NCBI GenBank assembly: GCA_023205875.1
Contig: CP060755.1
Coordinates: forward strand, 620,001 to 684,000
Source of the DNA: Chloropicon primus
Lineage: Eukaryota
DNA: 64,000 nucleotides
Direction of reading: 5' to 3'
How positions within the stretch are numbered: position 1 is the stretch's first letter; the number at the start of each line of letters is the position of its first letter. Both the position numbers and the translations under genes were made by a program. Below the pieces are notes generated by a model, which was not told where the DNA came from, ran no database searches, and was given only the letters and a program-made list of their open reading frames with translations. Positions 45,101 to 53,386 of the stretch are shown here, piece by piece.

Positions 45101-45372
45101 GGGACCACGCCGCCCACGTCCTGGACGAGAGTCGTCCCAAGGAGCTTTACACGGAAATGCCAATCATCTGGCTCAAGCCCGAGCAGAACAGGATCAAGCA
45201 GGAGTTTGGAATCTACAACTGCCCGGTCTACAAGACGCTGACGAGGGCCGGAACCCTTTCCACGACGGGCCACAACTCCAACTTTGTGCTTTTCATTGAG
45301 GTTCCGTCCGACAAGCCCCAGAGCCACTGGATCAACAGAGGAGTTGGTCTATTCACGGCTCTCGCGTACTAA
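33103..45372 (+). CDS. DNAH1: axonemal inner-arm dynein heavy chain, DNAH1-like, intronless
   Basis: ~4090 aa with P-loops GPAGTGKT, GPTMGGKT, GETGTGKT and GVGGSGR. N-terminal PRQVQIERKKR, FDN and FRAEDP motifs are characteristic of DNAH1. Ends HWINRGVGLFTALAY*. Confidence 0.93.
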   Translation: MVTTPSKNNVRPAKGGFRPKARFDLNKEVPGNGVNGNGAHQPVEVNDASPGADAEGRLDFISPSEPKVMIPYKTKPGEVPRQVQIERKKRLFALQDISKLLDDEDVDLSDKDMRGMGKKLKIETFDNTTYETRNQREWCPLDKTSTSTETEATAARKGQFDTLSWVPCTVVDTNEAENTYLVRYEDTKEEAWLPRMYICFRAEDPFLFAKRVAESVQQRKLSEVQLRYNFFIDNMPTEDIPPLTNEQVNRVLVYALNSKKLKDKLMDTSQLINEVNIDFARTMNKLIFDKINEREKKAKDSSILSIDDMFDVDPKAEVPESGTYPIPLYDFPDQFSEFSFHTFLTKPEVISAIVKVKSEGLKIQKMNIFNIHYTKSSKLQEFEQAQGQATDQVSNQVKETWILTLKNLIRSSFKDVGKGWFNLNEQNQETYEFSKLKKFLRVVRFMMEDTLRILVESSYEKFVNFIEAECNCTVDIVSPAKVVVQKSSDKKRKVPLFSVELAMDSENFCFHYSTPLDKFLSAILKVFEQGITSLQGIPSIEPSIMENLFWGSIPILNAVHPMEVKVAAAREELKNTVNFSLVALNAYLKQYEKYNHLLELDVNQFCSDLSSREDISLDVLKKTITEGEEYLVHLKSSIPSSIVVGSYMVNTNKVREFLITKQSDLIAKVKDVVVEIPKKRVREICQKYEDIDRKLKVKTQKPEDVDDMRRLMETVPSKNAELREEIMSLNDYYACLHDMRYNLSESDSQSKFVGSFWGVKIERLLESTSESMDKDQERYEDEMEEEQDSFQATIETLTDTVDKFSQYTDLSKVDYVHDDVQQISQQLKKAQDDANLFNRREGLFQKAITDYSHLQKVTTQFEPFQQLWKYAAAWKSWENEWMNGVFVKLNPENVDRNVNVSIKSLHKTAKAFTNKGLDKCAENCHTTKAKIEDFMKYVPIMAALRNPGMRDRHWEQISEEIKKELNPDETFTLKMGLEMGIMDHEERIIKIADIAGKEFSIEQALDKMQQEWSTVELELKEYRETGTYVVKVDENIIQQLDDHIVMSQSMSFSPYKKPFEERITNWEQQLSLVSEVIDEWIQLQRQWMYLEPIFNSEDIQHQLPLESKRFSSVDRMWRKTLQQAYMTPHILTMCSSQKLLETYIESNKMLDSVQKGLADYLETKRLAFARFFFLSNDELLQILSQTKNPLAVQPHLRKCFEAISTLDFADDLEISAMNSKEGERIPFDKSMYPKGNVENWLGEVEERMKASVRMQTEVSIYDYAEKERTQWVRDWPAMVVLSGSAIHWCQGVETGIKESGLKSFQEKALAELYDMTALVRGKLSKLERMSLGALITIDVHARDVVQNLVDANITAITDFEWVSQLRYYWKEREGTTGQAECWVEMVQASICYGYEYLGNSPRLVITPLTDRCYMTLMSAMHINLGGAPAGPAGTGKTETTKDLAKAMAKQCVVFNCSDGLDYIAMGKFFKGLASSGAWACFDEFNRIDLEVLSVIAQQILTIQLAIQQKVQRFIFEDTEIGLNPACNVYITMNPGYAGRSELPDNLKALFRPCAMMVPDYSLIGEISLYSFGFQNAKALAKKMVATFKLCSEQLSSQDHYDYGMRAVKSVITAAGNLKRDYPDDDEEVLLLRGLKDVNVPKFLSHDLPLFNGIISDLFPGVEQPNIQHDKLIEAIHESCKELGLQPVDSFVSKVIQLYETTLVRHGLMLVGPTMGGKTSNWKSLSRAMTKLVGVDEFQKVRVYPLNPKSITMGQLYGEFDDNTHEWTDGVLACYMRECSEDTKPDKKWIMFDGPVDAIWIENMNTVLDDNKKLCLVSGEIIQLSSAMTMMFEVEDLAVASPATVSRCGMIYVEPTTMGFTPLLDSWIETLPDFAAGKGEVMKEIFLGVVPDAIYLVRKQLKETVTTTDNNLVTSIFKIMSSMLKPFIRKEGEDPLTEEVLGQIQDMMVPYFIFSIVWSVGCSCDAKGRVVFDKYFREKVLSVKAHVPDSAMMPTDKSVYDWCWDQNEMGWVEWMKTIPEFKADPDMPFAEMVIPTIDTVRYGYVVNTLARNNKHVLCVGETGTGKTLIVSSKLMSGMPKEYIPIFMTFSARTSANQTQDQIDARMEKRRKGVFGPPTGKKYVFFIDDLNMPLREKYFAQPPIEVVRQWMDYSGWYDRKPPCAFRQLIDMQFIAAMGPPGGGRNPVTNRLLRHFNFISFTDMSEETLCRIFETILSSFVTKYMGNLSELVHPIITSTVGMYNTVRTELLPTPSKSHYTFNLRDLGKVFQGTMRANPKVISNEAGFVCLWLHELQRVFKDRLINNEDRDWFLELQKKHIKEHLNMEWSDTVTTQSLIFGDYFIPGADPKIYQQVTDVDKLISVINEYLEDYNSVSNAPMNLVMFLDAIEHVSRVCRVIGLPLGNALLLGVGGSGRQSLTKLAASIEDYQLFQIEISKQYGQNEWRDDLKTVLKKAGMDGENVVFLFTDTQIVQESFLEDINNVLNSGEVPNLWGTDDIEQINGAMRPLMQQQGIQQITKPAIASFFTNRVRSNLHVVLCFSPVGDVFRQRLRMFPALVNCCTIDWFAEWPREALASVCKYFMTDVELGESETNMLQGVVDSCVYIHQSVERKSKKYLEELRRHNYVTPTSYLELLGTFLKVLGEKKNELGTVKTRLSVGLDKLNNTTTEVEKMKEDLRNLQPVLTKTQKEVEEMMVVITKDKKEADETKKIVTVQEAEANEQAATAKAIKDDAEADLAKALPALDAALESLKNLSRADIVEVKALKNPPEGVRLVMEATCIMFEEKPKMVADPNRMGKKIPDYWENATKLLADPTRFLTMLTEFDKDNIKNSVITKIEPYMNNDAFTPEAVARVNKACTSICMWARAMYTYHQIALQVEPKRAALKEAEAAAARAASTLAEAQASLREVEEKIAKLEADYDKAVTKQDELAKEVSDCKVKLERAEKLIGGLGGERVRWTETVEALTKALVNVIGDAVVSSGVIGYSGPFTPMYRQELVKEWNEALDKFGIPHTEGTNIISCLQDPVQVRSWNIAGLPSDAQSTENAIILSKARRWPLMIDPQGQANNWIKNMEKDRGLDVIKLSEKDYLRTLENGVRFGRAVLLENIGEELEAALEPLLLKQVFKDGSNDVIKIGDNVIPYHADFSFYMTTKLRNPHYSPEISVKVSILNFLVTPEGLEDQLLGIVVTQERPDLAEMKNQLVISNAKMKKELKEIEDKILFLLSNSQGNILDDEELIDTLAKSKVTSNEISAKVAEAEKTEKEIDATRELYRPVAIRSSLLFFCISDLALMDPMYQYSLTWYIDLFIRGIAASETSDDIEVRGKNLNDYFTLSLYNNICRSLFEDHKLLFSFTLSIKILKHRGVIDDHDWRFLLSGATSEDKSKPNPAQEWLTDQNWNEIVNLSKIPNFEGFADDFTANIGVYKTLFDSNDAHREEFSPLFQEKLTSFQRLCVLKCIRADKVVLAIQDFISKEMGQQFIEPPAFDLGICYKESQNLVPLIFVLSSGADPMADLLKFADEMKFSRKFDKVSLGQGQGAKAKKLLSNGMERGLWVCLQNCHLAGSWMPSLERILETTDPKTVHKDFRLWLTSMPSETFPVLILQNGVKMTLEPPKGLKSNLTRSYNRITDNYVNECSKPDEFRKLMFGLCLFHAVIQDRRKFGPLGWNIRYGFTDGDLNVCQTQMKMFLSDYDEIPYRVLRFMCSEINYGGRVTDDKDRRLINNLLETFINENLLMEGYQFSDSGVYKVPGAENINGYQSFISDLPIVPHPEIFGLHENADITCDLNETTSLFTTVLSIQPRVGGGSGLSREEIVSKLAADILSKTPGVFDTDVVYKKYPTRHDESMNTVLNQECLRYNNLLAVMKKSLENSIKALKGLVVMSPDLEAVTTSLFNNQVPDMWAGKAYPSLKPLSGWVTDLLARVEFISQWINTGNPAIYWISGFFFPQAFLTGTLQNFARKMMFSIDTVSFSFRVMDTLSEKTTTSGPTDGCYIRGLYLEGGRWDHAAHVLDESRPKELYTEMPIIWLKPEQNRIKQEFGIYNCPVYKTLTRAGTLSTTGHNSNFVLFIEVPSDKPQSHWINRGVGLFTALAY

Positions 45373-45472
45373 ATTGTGGTGGTAACCGACGTTTTGAACG
45401 CGCGTTACGCCATTCATTCATGTTGTAGTAAAAAAACATATATTTACAAAACAAAAAGTCACTTCACAAGTT

Positions 45473-47416
45473 TCACTTCTCGTCCCCCTTCTCAAAGCTC
45501 ACCTTAAGGTCTTTCAATTGGTCCGCCTTGACACCAGAAGGAGAGCTTGTCAGAGAGCAAGACCCCTGAGTAGTTTTGGGGAAAGCAATGACGTCCCTGA
45601 TGCTCTCCTCCCCCGCAAGAAGCATCACGAGCCTATCCAGCCCAAAGGCCATCCCTCCGTGCGGAGGCGCACCATAATCCAGGGCATCCAGGAGATATCC
45701 GAACTCGGACTTTATCTCTTCCTCAGAAAGGCCAATGGCTTGGAAGACCTCGAGTTGCTCGCTTTGCTTGTGGTTCCTGAGGGACCCGCCACCAATCTCG
45801 TAGCCGTTGTAGACCAGATCATAAGCGTGGGCAGACGAGTCGTAAATGCTCTCCCCGCCATCAGCGTTTCGAGCGGTAAACGGATGGTGGAGAGCCTGGT
45901 ACCTTTCATGCTCGGGCAGCCACTCGAACATCGGAAAGTCCGTGATCCAAACGAGGCCGTCTTTGCCGTCTTCAACGAGATCGAGATCCTTTCCGAGGTA
46001 TTGCCTCACGACATCGAGCGTCCTGTGCACGACTGGGACCTCCCCCGCGACCAGAATGATCAAGTCCCCGTCCTCGGCACCCGTGTAGTCCAGAATGCTT
46101 CGAAATTGCTCCTCTGAGACTCCCCTCGTCACCGGGGGGGACCCTTCCATGGACGCGCCGCTCACCCTCAGGAACAGAATCCCCTGGGAGCCCGCGGACA
46201 CGGCCTCGTTGGAGACGTCTCCCTTGTTCTTCAGCCTCGAGTTCGAGATTCTGCTGCCGTCGGGGACCACGAGGCCCTTCACGATCCCTCCGTTCTCAAT
46301 TGCGCTGGTGAAGATCTTGCAGTCGGACTCCGCGAGGATTTCCGACAAGTTGTACTGAAAGAGGTCGTACCTCATGTCAGGTTTATCGGTGCCGTACCTT
46401 TCCATCGCGTGGGCGTACGACATTCTCGCGAAGGGGGACGCCAGAGACCCCTTCCCGACCTCGTTGAAGATGTGCGCCACAAGCCTTTCCATCAGCGACA
46501 TGATCTCCTCGGCGCTCATGAAGGACATCTCCATGTCCACCTGGGTGAACTCCGGCTGCCTGTCCGCCCTGAGGTCCTCGTCCCGGAAGCAACGGGCGAT
46601 CTGGTAGTACCGTTCGTAGCCCGAGACCATCAAGAGCTGCTTGAAGAGCTGCGGGCTCTGGGGCAAGGCGTACATTGTCCTCGGGATGATTCTCGCCGGC
46701 ACCAGAAAGTCTCTCGCTCCCTCCGGAGAGGACCTCGTCAGGATCGGGGTCTCCACCTCGATGAAGTCCTGGCTCTCCAAAAAGCTTCTGAACGCTCTCG
46801 TCACCTTGTGCCTCAGCGTCAAGTTCGCCTGCATCTGCGACCTCCTCAGGTCCAGGACCCTGTGGCGCAGCCGGAGCTCCTCCTTCGGCGCGGCCTCCCC
46901 GCTCACCTCGAACGGGAGCAGGTTGGACACCTTGTTCAAGACCCCAATGCTCTCCGCCACGATCTCGACCCTCCCCGTGGGCATGTTCGGGTTCGCCTGC
47001 AGGCGCTCCTGCACCGGGCCCTCCACGGACACGACCCACTCCGCCCGCAGCTCCTCCGCCACCTTGTGGGCACGAGGGAACTTGTCCGGCGAGGTGACCA
47101 CCTGCACGATCCCCGAGCGGTCCCTTATGTCGAGGAAAAGGATTCCTCCCATATTCCTCGACCTGTGCACCCAGCCGCACACCCTCACCCTCTCCGCCTC
47201 GCTCACCACCGTCCCCGCGGGTGACCTCACAGGGTTGGCCCCCAGCGCCGAGAACCCTGCAGCCTTCTCTCGCATACTCGTCGTCGCCTTCGTCGTCGCG
47301 GCGCGGAGCCCGACCCTCCTCGCCTCCCCACGAGCCGCACAGGGTATCACCCGATGCTTGCACGGCAGCACCGGAAGCACCCTGCTCCTCGTCCACTGCA
47401 CGAACGAAGACCTCAT
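45473..47416 (-). CDS. aspS: aspartyl-tRNA synthetase, bacterial-type (organellar)
   Basis: Transit peptide, OB-fold [59 protein letters not shown]. Confidence 0.95.
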   Translation of the reverse strand: MRSSFVQWTRSRVLPVLPCKHRVIPCAARGEARRVGLRAATTKATTSMREKAAGFSALGANPVRSPAGTVVSEAERVRVCGWVHRSRNMGGILFLDIRDRSGIVQVVTSPDKFPRAHKVAEELRAEWVVSVEGPVQERLQANPNMPTGRVEIVAESIGVLNKVSNLLPFEVSGEAAPKEELRLRHRVLDLRRSQMQANLTLRHKVTRAFRSFLESQDFIEVETPILTRSSPEGARDFLVPARIIPRTMYALPQSPQLFKQLLMVSGYERYYQIARCFRDEDLRADRQPEFTQVDMEMSFMSAEEIMSLMERLVAHIFNEVGKGSLASPFARMSYAHAMERYGTDKPDMRYDLFQYNLSEILAESDCKIFTSAIENGGIVKGLVVPDGSRISNSRLKNKGDVSNEAVSAGSQGILFLRVSGASMEGSPPVTRGVSEEQFRSILDYTGAEDGDLIILVAGEVPVVHRTLDVVRQYLGKDLDLVEDGKDGLVWITDFPMFEWLPEHERYQALHHPFTARNADGGESIYDSSAHAYDLVYNGYEIGGGSLRNHKQSEQLEVFQAIGLSEEEIKSEFGYLLDALDYGAPPHGGMAFGLDRLVMLLAGEESIRDVIAFPKTTQGSCSLTSSPSGVKADQLKDLKVSFEKGDEK

Positions 47417-47842
47417 GACCTCTTACTCCCTCTCTGCCTCCGTTCCAATCGCGAACCTCCACGTCCTCCCCAGAGCGTCCCCGCGTTCGAGTGAGGGGTC
47501 TGCGGAAAGAGGAGAACGTGACGCTTCCGACTGTGCCTTCCTCCGCGCCTTTCCTCTCGGCTCCCGACCGTCCTCTCCCTTTGAAGACACGCAAAGGTTC
47601 CTCGCGTTCTTATCCAGAATGAGAATGATCTGACTCACGAAAACGAGAGAGGAGGAGGGAGGGGGACGAAGCCACAGGCGGCGGAGACGACGGTACGAAG
47701 GAGGTTTGAGACAGAGAGAGAGGGAGAGGGAGAGGAGGGAGAGGGAGAGAGGCGTGAGGTGGATCGACGTCTCGAGGGCTTTCCATTGCTTCGCTCGCTT
47801 GCATTGTTTGGTCGCCGGAAGGGTTGACCAGGAGGACAAGAG

Positions 47843-47873
<31 letters not shown>

Positions 47874-47892
47874 CAGAGAGGCATTGAGAGCG

Positions 47893-49818
47893 ATGAGGAA
47901 CGAGAGGGGAGGGAAGAGGTCGGGTGGGAGGAGGGAGGGGAGAGGTGGGAAGAGACCGAAGGTGGATTACCTGAAGCAGTACGAGCAGGGCGGAGAGCAC
48001 GACAAGAGCGGGAGCATGGGGCACCAGGGCAGGGGGTATGCTGGGAGCCAGCAACGATACAGTGGAGGGAGGGAGCACATCCAACTGGTTTCGGACGACA
48101 TGCAGATGTACGTGAAGGAGCTCGCGAACCAGCTCAACGACGGTGGCATCGACGAGGAGAGCAAGGAGATCCTGGTGAACAACGCCCTGGAGGAGTTCGT
48201 CGGGAAGGAGGCCCAGCTCTGCAAGGACCCGGTCTGCAGCCGCGCCGTGGAGACTCTCGTCGACCTTTTCACGACCGCCCAGCTGATCAGCTTCGTGAGG
48301 AGCCTGAGCCAGGGGGACGAGGAGCGAATCACCGGGATTTACATCGACCCCTTCGCGTCCCACGTCGTGGAGCGCCTCTTCAGCCGAATCAGGAGCATCC
48401 TCAAGGAGGACCACGACGGGGCGGAGGTCTCGGCCGAGCTCCTGAGCGCCCTGGAGGAGCTCTGCCAGTGTCTGCACACGGAGAGGCTGGTGAACATAGC
48501 GACGCACAAGTACGGGTCCCACGTCATGAGGAGCCTGTTCGTGCTGATCTCCGGGGTGGAGTACCCGACCACGAGGAGCAACAAGGGCTGGAACAAAATA
48601 TTCAGCTTCTCGATAGAGAAGGCCCAGACGTACGCCAAGTACAGGACGAACAAGAAGCTCTTGCACTTGAAGGACAGGCTCGCGCAGCGGTACTTGGAGC
48701 TCGACGCCAAGGACATCGCGAGGATGGCTTGCGACCAGTACGGAAGCCCGCTTCTGCAGACTTTCTTGCAGTGCACCATCGGGGAGGACTACGGGACCCA
48801 AATGATATTCAAAATCCTCGAGCGCAAGGACGGCGGCGGAGGCGAGGGCGCGGACACCTCGATGAACCTGTGCCCTTCGACCTTCCAGAGGCTCGCGCAG
48901 CACAACTTTGGCAGCCACCTCATCGAGTCCGTCTTCATCTCCGCGGAGGAGAGCATCCGGTCGGCGCTGTTTGAGAAGTGCGTCAAGGGGAAGATCAAGT
49001 CCTACGCCTCCCACCCCTTGGCCAACTTCGTGGTCCAAGCCCTCGTGACGTGCGTCACGAACAAGAACGTCGCCAAGGCCCTGGCGGAGGAGCTCTTTCC
49101 AATTTTCGACCAGCTCATGCAGTCGAACAAGGGAGGGGTCGTCGCGGCCACCCTGAACATGTGCTCCCGCCTGAACGTTCGGACCAGCAGGGCCTTCAAG
49201 GCCATAGAGGGAGTTCTGGAGGCAAAAGCGGAGGCGCGGGGGGAGACGCTGGAGTCGGACAGCTCTGCGCTGGTCCTGTCCCTCCTGGCGGTGGAAAGTG
49301 GTGGCCAGTACCCGAACTCGGACAGGCTCTTCGTGTCCAAAGTGGGCGGGACGATCCTGTGCACGCTCTTGAAGTTCCCTCCGGAGAAGTGCAAGCACCT
49401 GATGAAGTCCATGAAGTGCCTGAAGACCAACGAGGTCATGCAGATGACGGAGGACTACCTGGGGATCAGGGTCTTGGAAGCGTTTTTGGACTCGACTGCC
49501 GAGAGCAAGCTGAAGCAGCCACTCATCAGGAGCTTGAAGGGCAACTTTGGCTCCATCGCCAAAGTCACTCACTGCTCCTTCTTCCTCGAGAAGTGCTTCA
49601 GGGAAGCGGAAATGGACCTCAAAGAAGTCATCGTCGAAGACATGATAGGTTCGAAGAGCGCGATCCTGCAAACGTACCGGGGTCCCGGCCTGTTCAGGAC
49701 GTGCGCCGTTGAGATCTATCAGAAGAGCAAGCGGGAGTGGGCGAGGCACCTGGACAAGATGGAATCGGTGCAGAAATCGTACGAGGAGATGTTCGCCCCC
49801 ACTTCGAAGAGGCGCTGA
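47893..49818 (+). CDS. NOP9: NOP9/APUM23 Pumilio-repeat nucleolar protein
   Basis: ILVNNALEE, SRAVETL, FASHVVE, YGSHVMRSL, SHLIE, ANFVVQAL repeats. Confidence 0.85.
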   Translation: MRNERGGKRSGGRREGRGGKRPKVDYLKQYEQGGEHDKSGSMGHQGRGYAGSQQRYSGGREHIQLVSDDMQMYVKELANQLNDGGIDEESKEILVNNALEEFVGKEAQLCKDPVCSRAVETLVDLFTTAQLISFVRSLSQGDEERITGIYIDPFASHVVERLFSRIRSILKEDHDGAEVSAELLSALEELCQCLHTERLVNIATHKYGSHVMRSLFVLISGVEYPTTRSNKGWNKIFSFSIEKAQTYAKYRTNKKLLHLKDRLAQRYLELDAKDIARMACDQYGSPLLQTFLQCTIGEDYGTQMIFKILERKDGGGGEGADTSMNLCPSTFQRLAQHNFGSHLIESVFISAEESIRSALFEKCVKGKIKSYASHPLANFVVQALVTCVTNKNVAKALAEELFPIFDQLMQSNKGGVVAATLNMCSRLNVRTSRAFKAIEGVLEAKAEARGETLESDSSALVLSLLAVESGGQYPNSDRLFVSKVGGTILCTLLKFPPEKCKHLMKSMKCLKTNEVMQMTEDYLGIRVLEAFLDSTAESKLKQPLIRSLKGNFGSIAKVTHCSFFLEKCFREAEMDLKEVIVEDMIGSKSAILQTYRGPGLFRTCAVEIYQKSKREWARHLDKMESVQKSYEEMFAPTSKRR

Positions 49819-49871
49819 AGCTTTATTATTTTTTTGTACAACTACAGTCAGCCAAACAAAAAACAAACCTT

Positions 49872-50774
49872 TCACCCGTTGAGCTTACTCTTCTTCCTGT
49901 ACTGCCCGGTCTTCATGTCAAACTCGATTTCGTCCTTCTCGTTCGGCCGAAGAATGTCGGCGATATCCCTTGCCTGCTTCATGTCCCCTGTCTTGTAAGC
50001 CACCTGCTGCGCCGCTCTCAGGCGCTCCTGCTCCCTCATCATGGAAAGCTTGCCGCTCGCAAGGAGATCCCTCCTGGCAGCCTCAATCTTTTGGTTCTTG
50101 GTGGAGTTCCTCTCCCTCTCGAGCTCCCTCTTCCTCTCCTCCTCGTCGTTGAACACGACCTTTTCCCCGCCCCCACCCGCGTCGCCATCCCCAGCTTCCC
50201 TCGCCTTGGCCTGCTCGTAACGCCAGGCGTCCAAGTTGTAGTACTTGGTGCTCGGGAGGGTCGCAGTGTTGTACAAGTCCATGAACTCCCCGAACATCTT
50301 CTTCTCTTCCCACCGAGCGAGTGACTCCACCTCCACGCTCTTCACCTCGTTTGCCCAAAGCATGAACTCGGTCCTCTTGTCGCCGTTCAGGTCAGACTCC
50401 TTGAGAATGCCGTACTTTCCATACACCTCCCCCTCGTCCCTGTTGCTTCCCTTCCTGTCCCCGTCCCTGTCCCTGTGCCTCCGCCGGCGCCTGTGCTTCC
50501 GCCTCGCCCCCTCGTCCTCCTCCGCCTCCCCACCCCTCGCCCCCCTCGCCCTCTTCCGCTCGCCCCTCTCCTCCTCCCTCCTCAAGAACATGCTCAGCAA
50601 CCTCTCCGCCGTCTCCACGTCGAGGTCCGCGTAATCGAGAGCGTGCGCCCGTGTGAGGGCGTGAACCTCAGGAACCCTCCGTTTCAGCGCCTTGTCGGCC
50701 TTGGAGAACTTCGTGTCGTATAGCTTCTGCCGGTGCTTGGCCACCATCGACTGCTTCCCTTCCGCCATCGCCAT
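49872..50774 (-). CDS. conserved hypothetical basic/acidic protein
   Basis: Coding-like ORF with the motif YGKYGIL..SD..KR.EF..W..EVK...EEKKMF.EFM..YNTATLP..KYYNL, which I recall from uncharacterised eukaryotic proteins. Confidence 0.75.
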   Translation of the reverse strand: MAMAEGKQSMVAKHRQKLYDTKFSKADKALKRRVPEVHALTRAHALDYADLDVETAERLLSMFLRREEERGERKRARGARGGEAEEDEGARRKHRRRRRHRDRDGDRKGSNRDEGEVYGKYGILKESDLNGDKRTEFMLWANEVKSVEVESLARWEEKKMFGEFMDLYNTATLPSTKYYNLDAWRYEQAKAREAGDGDAGGGGEKVVFNDEEERKRELERERNSTKNQKIEAARRDLLASGKLSMMREQERLRAAQQVAYKTGDMKQARDIADILRPNEKDEIEFDMKTGQYRKKSKLNG

Positions 50775-50837
50775 CGCCTCCGAGGACGACCGCCAGCGTC
50801 CTCACGAGCTGCTGCTGCTGGAGGCGAACGCGAACCC

Positions 50838-50887
<50 letters not shown>

Positions 50888-51040
50888 TGTAGAGGAGGGA
50901 GAGGAGGGGGAGGCTGAAGGAGGGGCTCGAGATCTTTCGAACGAGTGCTCGCTTGAAAGGAGCGACGCTCTGGTGAGGAGTGACGGGACACGAGAACGAG
51001 AACGAGATAGGTGAGGGCGAGGGAGGGAGAGAGCGAGGAG

Positions 51041-51961
51041 ATGGCGAGGCGTGCGGGAGGGAGGAAGGAGGAGGGAAGAGCGGAGGAGGGAGGAATGGAG
51101 GGCGAAAATTCTCGAGAAGCGACTCCGCTGAAGTTGAAGCTGAAGTTCAGCGTGAGCCCGACGGGAAAGACTCCGGCATCCACGAAGGAGGTTGCCATGG
51201 CTGAGGCGGGTGGGGAGGAGGAGGCGACGATGTCGGAGAGCGAGTCGACGAAGAGCATCATGAGTGACGACGAAAGCGAGGAGGAGAACTTCAACGAGGA
51301 TGCCGTCATGTATGCGGACGACATTGAGGTGGTTTACGGGAAGAGCAGTCGGAGGCCGGAGCGCCTGACGGCGAGGCAGCGGGCGATGGTTTACGGCGAG
51401 GACGACGGGAGCCAGGCTGCGGGTCAGGCTGCGGGCGCGAGTGACCAAGGCCAGTTCAACTTCAAGGGGGGAATCGACTCGGTGTTCGCCAAGCCGAAGA
51501 AGCAGCTCACCGCGGAGGAGCTCATGAAGAAGGCTGAGCTCAACGAGGAGAGGCGAAGGAGGGCCGTCAGGATGAAGAAGGAGCAGCAGGTCGCGGCCCA
51601 GAAGGCGATCCGGGAGGGGAAGGGCGCGAAAGCGAAGAGGGAGGACAAGATCAACGAGAAGCGGAGGGAGAGGCTGAAGAAGAGGAGGATGGGGGGAAAG
51701 ATGGAGAGCGATACGGTCAGGGTGAGCTACAAGAGTGGGGGCAACACGGTGACGTGGAGCGAGGACGGGTCCCTCCCTGACCTGCTGAACCAGCCGCGGA
51801 GGGGCTACCCCTCGAGGGTGGACGAGGCCAACCTCATCACGGTGCCTTTGGATCCCAAAAAGTGGAGCTCCGTCAAGTGCGGCAGCGTCATAGAGCTCAA
51901 GGGAGAGAAGAGAACGGTGAAAAGCATCAACCGGAAAGGGAATGTCCTGGTGGTGTACTAG
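51041..51961 (+). CDS. INO80 complex subunit B / Ies2-like (PAPA-1 domain)
   Basis: LKLKLKF, acidic tract, LTARQRAM, KKQLTAEE.MKKAE...RRR. Start could instead be 51095. Confidence 0.7.
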   Translation: MARRAGGRKEEGRAEEGGMEGENSREATPLKLKLKFSVSPTGKTPASTKEVAMAEAGGEEEATMSESESTKSIMSDDESEEENFNEDAVMYADDIEVVYGKSSRRPERLTARQRAMVYGEDDGSQAAGQAAGASDQGQFNFKGGIDSVFAKPKKQLTAEELMKKAELNEERRRRAVRMKKEQQVAAQKAIREGKGAKAKREDKINEKRRERLKKRRMGGKMESDTVRVSYKSGGNTVTWSEDGSLPDLLNQPRRGYPSRVDEANLITVPLDPKKWSSVKCGSVIELKGEKRTVKSINRKGNVLVVY

Positions 51962-52090
51962 TTACAAGTTCGATAGAATAATACTGCTGTAAATGCCCAA
52001 CCACAGGCTTTGCCCTCGTCGTAGTCCAGCTCCCTCCCCTTTCTGCTCTCCTCACCTGGAAGTTGAAGCAGCAGCTGCAGTAAGGACAAG

Positions 52091-53158
52091 ATGAAGGGAG
52101 CGCGATCGTCGTCACTCCGTGGTGGTGGCCAAGCCCTCGGACCGGGAGTGTCTTCAGCCCGCCCGCTCGGCCGGAGAGGTGCGGCGCTGGTGGCGAGCAG
52201 GGCGGCGAGCACGAGCTCGAGGGGCGCGAACGACGGCCGTCCCAAGCGACTCGTCATCTACAACAACAGCGAAAGCGTTCAGGATGTGCAAGAGCGGACT
52301 GGGATTCCTCTCGAGAAGCTCCTGAGGGCCAACAACGGGAGGAGGGAGCTCGGGGACAGGCACGTCCTGGTGGTCGACGAGGGGTCCGCCGCCCCGGCGT
52401 CGACGTCGGCTCGGGCGAGGGACGGGCTCTTGTCAGGGGGGCTCTTGGTGGGGGCTCTGTCCCTCCCTGTGATAATGGTAATGGTGGCCCTCGGGAGGAG
52501 GAAGGGAAAGGGGACCGAGTCTCTGGAGTCCTGGAAGGCGCCGGCAGCGAGGTCTGGGGACGCTCGAGGACTGGATGTGGAGGCTTTCGACGTGTCCGAG
52601 TTGGACTTGAGTGGCGACGCGGGTCCAGACTTTTGGAAGGACCTGCCCTTCGTGTGCGTCCTCCTCCTGGACGGGAGCCAGTGGTTCTCCGTGGGCATGG
52701 GGGAGGGCGGGGCGGGGGAGAACAGAATCTTGGGCTTCGAGTCCGCGGAGGACGCCAACAGGATGAGGTACTTCGTCAGGTATGACGACAGCAAGAACAA
52801 CAACACGAGAGAGAGAGAGAGAGACTTTGCGTTTGTGCTTTTTCCGCCGCAGTACTACTACTAATACTACTACTATGTGTGTGTGTGTGTGTGTGCGTGT
52901 GTGCCCGAAGACTGACCGACGGACCGCTTTTGTTTCCCACCCAGCAACGATCCCGCGTACGCGGCAAAACGCCCGAGAGTCCAGGTGGTCTCCCCCCAGG
53001 ACCTGTGCCATGCCTCCCACGTGTTGGAGACCGAAGTCTTCGTGGTGCCCGCCGGTCAGCCGAGCTCCGCAAGGTCTCTCGACGAGGGCGTCAGCGAGAT
53101 CTACGAGACGTACCACAGGGGAAAGCTCGGCCTGAGGAGGACGAGCAGCAGCAAATAG
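52091..53158 (+). CDS. probable plastid membrane protein with a LysM-like segment (intron 52780-52944)
   Basis: Transit-like N-terminus, ESVQDVQERTGIPLEKLLRAN (LysM-like), one TM segment, LGFESAEDA. Exon 2 splices in frame and ends RRTSSSK*. Confidence 0.6.
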
Positions 53159-53386
53159 TCATCGTCTTGCCAGCCCTGTTCCCTAACTTCAATAACACAT
53201 TGTATTGATGAAATGAACTTCTTCTTCTCTTTGGGCTCGACGAGGGCGTCAGCGAGATCTACGAGACGCACCACAGGGGAAAGCTCGGCCTGAGGAGGAC
53301 GAGCAGCAGCAAATAGTCATCGTCTTGCCAGCCCTGTTCCCTAACTTCAATAACACATTGTATTGATGAAATGAAGTCTTCTTCTC
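53078..53386 (+). repeat. near-perfect tandem duplication, period 158 bp (53078-~53229 and 53236-~53386)
   Basis: Both copies read ctcgacgagggcgtcagcgagatctacgagacg[t/c]accacagggg...tgtattgatgaaatgaa. Confidence 0.97.
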
